A DNA stretch of 64,000 bases from Dipteris shenzhenensis (Eukaryota), in NCBI GenBank assembly GCA_047967505.1, contig CM106538.1; one strand, written 5' to 3'. Positions 62,001 through 64,000 of the stretch are shown here, one piece after another. Position numbers and translations under genes: made by a program. Below the pieces are notes generated by a model. The model saw only the letters and a program-made list of their open reading frames with translations, was not told where the DNA came from and searched no databases. Numbering within the stretch: the first letter of the stretch is position 1; the number at the start of each line of letters is the position of its first letter.

Positions 62001-64000
62001 GTGCTCTAGTGGTTGACCCAAGTCAAACATACGGACCACCATTAGTCAATTGTGCCAAACATTCTTGCAAGGTTGGCAATGCCACAAGTCACCAACTGAG
62101 CTAATTACTTTTGCATGCAGATGAGGGAAGACCTGAAGATGCACAGTGAGGTCCTAGGCAATCCAATGCTGTATATGCGTGTGCTTTACCACATGTTTGT
62201 CGGGGCAATAGTCGCCTATTGGATATGGGCTGGTTGACAAAGCAACCAAAGGACCTGTTCTAGAAGAAGAAGAGTAGACATGGGCTAATCCCAAATGACT
62301 AAGAAGAGCTCCAAGCCCCACCCCCTCCAGCTGTCCCGCTCAGCACAACCACTTGATAGCCAATTGCGTGAACAAGACAAAGAACGTCAACTGCAAGAAT
62401 TCTTGAGGAGACGACGATCCCTTGAGGCCTCCGCTCGACACCCTAAAGGCAAGGCCACCATTTTGGACCCATTGCTGTGGAGGAGTTTCATGGAGACGAC
62501 AATGTAAATATTGGTCTCCATCCCATGGCAACAAGCATTCCTCCCACCCCATCTGCTCCCCAGACAATAGCCCCTACCCTTGTGCAACCCGAAGAGCCCA
62601 CTTCATTCATCACAGGCTCTTCCTCTTCTCCTTAGGCTAGGCTCACAGAAGCCCTGTAATTTTGCTGCGCACCATAGTACCAAACCCCTGGAGGCTACAA
62701 TACCATGTTGGCCCAACAACTCTCACAGGCGGACCACATGGAGCTCCAACTACTGGATGCAATGGCCCGGCTCCCTTAGGTTGTGAGAATGATTTTGCGG
62801 AGGCAAGAGCAAGCATCCCACTCTGTCTCCTCCAAGCACAACTCGATGTGCGTGATAGCCACACCCGCATGGTCATTGCACAAGCTACCCACCAGCAAAC
62901 CACGCTCAACATAGTAGAGGAGTATTGAGCAAGCGTCGAAGAGGTGGAAGTTATGGTCACAAAGCTCAAGGATGAGCTCTCTGCTAGTGAATCCCTAGTT
63001 CAAACCATGATGGGCTAGTTGGACAAGGTGGAATCCAACCTTCGTACCGCAGAAGAACGAAGGGCATAAGCCGAGGACCAGAAGGCTAGGCTTAGGGAGG
63101 GATACAAACCAACAGATCCAAATTCTTTAGGATCTCCTTACATAGGAGGACCCTCACCGTTGCCATACAAACTAAGAATGAGAGCCACCGAGAGGAATCT
63201 ACATTCTCTCTACATTGGACAACAGAGAACAACAGGAGTTCTTGATGTACAGGGAGGTCTCCGCACAACTCGCCACCTACACCCTCGTCCCATGTACCAT
63301 CCCCAAAACACTTCAAAAGCACTTTGACACACTCTGTGCACAAAACCTCATTTTTCACTAAGACCTCACCTCCCCTCTCTTGCCTAACACCCTCCAAACC
63401 ATCTTGCATTGCAACCCCAACCTTTATCTTGCCAGTCTATCCCTCCAATCTTTAAATCCAAGCCACCCACCTCCTCAACTTCTAGGCGTGGTGTCGCGTA
63501 ATCACTGAGTCCACCAATTATCCACATGATGATGAGCTAAACCTGACAAACTTAGCCCATGGGTCTATACTCCCGACAGCCTCCAACAACTGGATGCAGA
63601 CCTATGGTCGGGGGCTTTCGCAATCCAAATGCAAGGACACCTAGTTGCATATCACTCCATAGCCTACCATCCCCTCAATATCATCATTTTGTACAATCTG
63701 GTGCTACAAGCTCTCTAGGACTCACTCGAGTCCTTGGTCAACAATTTTGACACAATTCATGGAGCCTACCCCGAGGATGTTATCGAGGAGGAGGGACAGA
63801 ATCCAATCATCATCTTCAAGTCTATCACCCCTCGCAGAAATACTGTAGCCACCCCCTAAAAATCCCGCCCAACCCCCCCAACAACCTGCCAATATTGTCC
63901 GCCTCCCCTTCCCTGCACCAACCTCCCCAAATACTCCTCTAACGCCTCCAACACTAGCACCACACAGCATGAGACCTCTCTGTCCATTTCCTCCAACACT
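59016..64000 (+). mobile_element. Probable 3' internal region of a Ty3/gypsy element (integrase tail, long 3' region with decayed extra ORF)
   Basis: LDVVDMDGYLNGSKLKSYY at 59018-59075 resembles the integrase end at ~1085-1135; 27-bp minisatellite; decayed coding sequence at 61450-63090. Confidence 0.55.
60831..61031. repeat. 27-bp minisatellite with two subtypes (3+4 copies)
   Basis: Units at 60831/60858/60885 (..ccttacagctatcc..) and 60927/60954/60981/61008 (cccatcc..gacccgtcgcctt). Confidence 0.9.

Overview
Repeat-rich land-plant genomic DNA, probably a fern or lycophyte judging from the TE types, though the taxon cannot be fixed from sequence alone. One intact host gene is visible: a 7-exon tandem CCCH zinc-finger gene (ZFN1/C3H32-58-like, 25812-29209, +) in a CpG-rich island. 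The rest is nested, decayed mobile DNA: two near-complete non-chromoviral Ty3/gypsy elements (A, 6806-14031, with a truncated 5' LTR; B, 34133-42957, full length and nested in a Ty1/copia), further gypsy, copia and LINE fragments, a small TIR insertion, and micro- and minisatellites. Two observations stand out. (1) In element B the native RNase H has lost its catalytic residues and pol has no archaeal-type RNase H (aRH). An aRH-zinc knuckle ORF sits instead upstream of gag, together with a tRNA-His-like PBS and an apparent 4-bp TSD. Its relative, element A, carries aRH in the usual place between RH and INT. (2) A ~6.3-kb imperfect palindrome (49895-56198) has arms that each carry a decayed copy of an unrecognised, apparently spliced gene. 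All alignments and identities were judged by eye.
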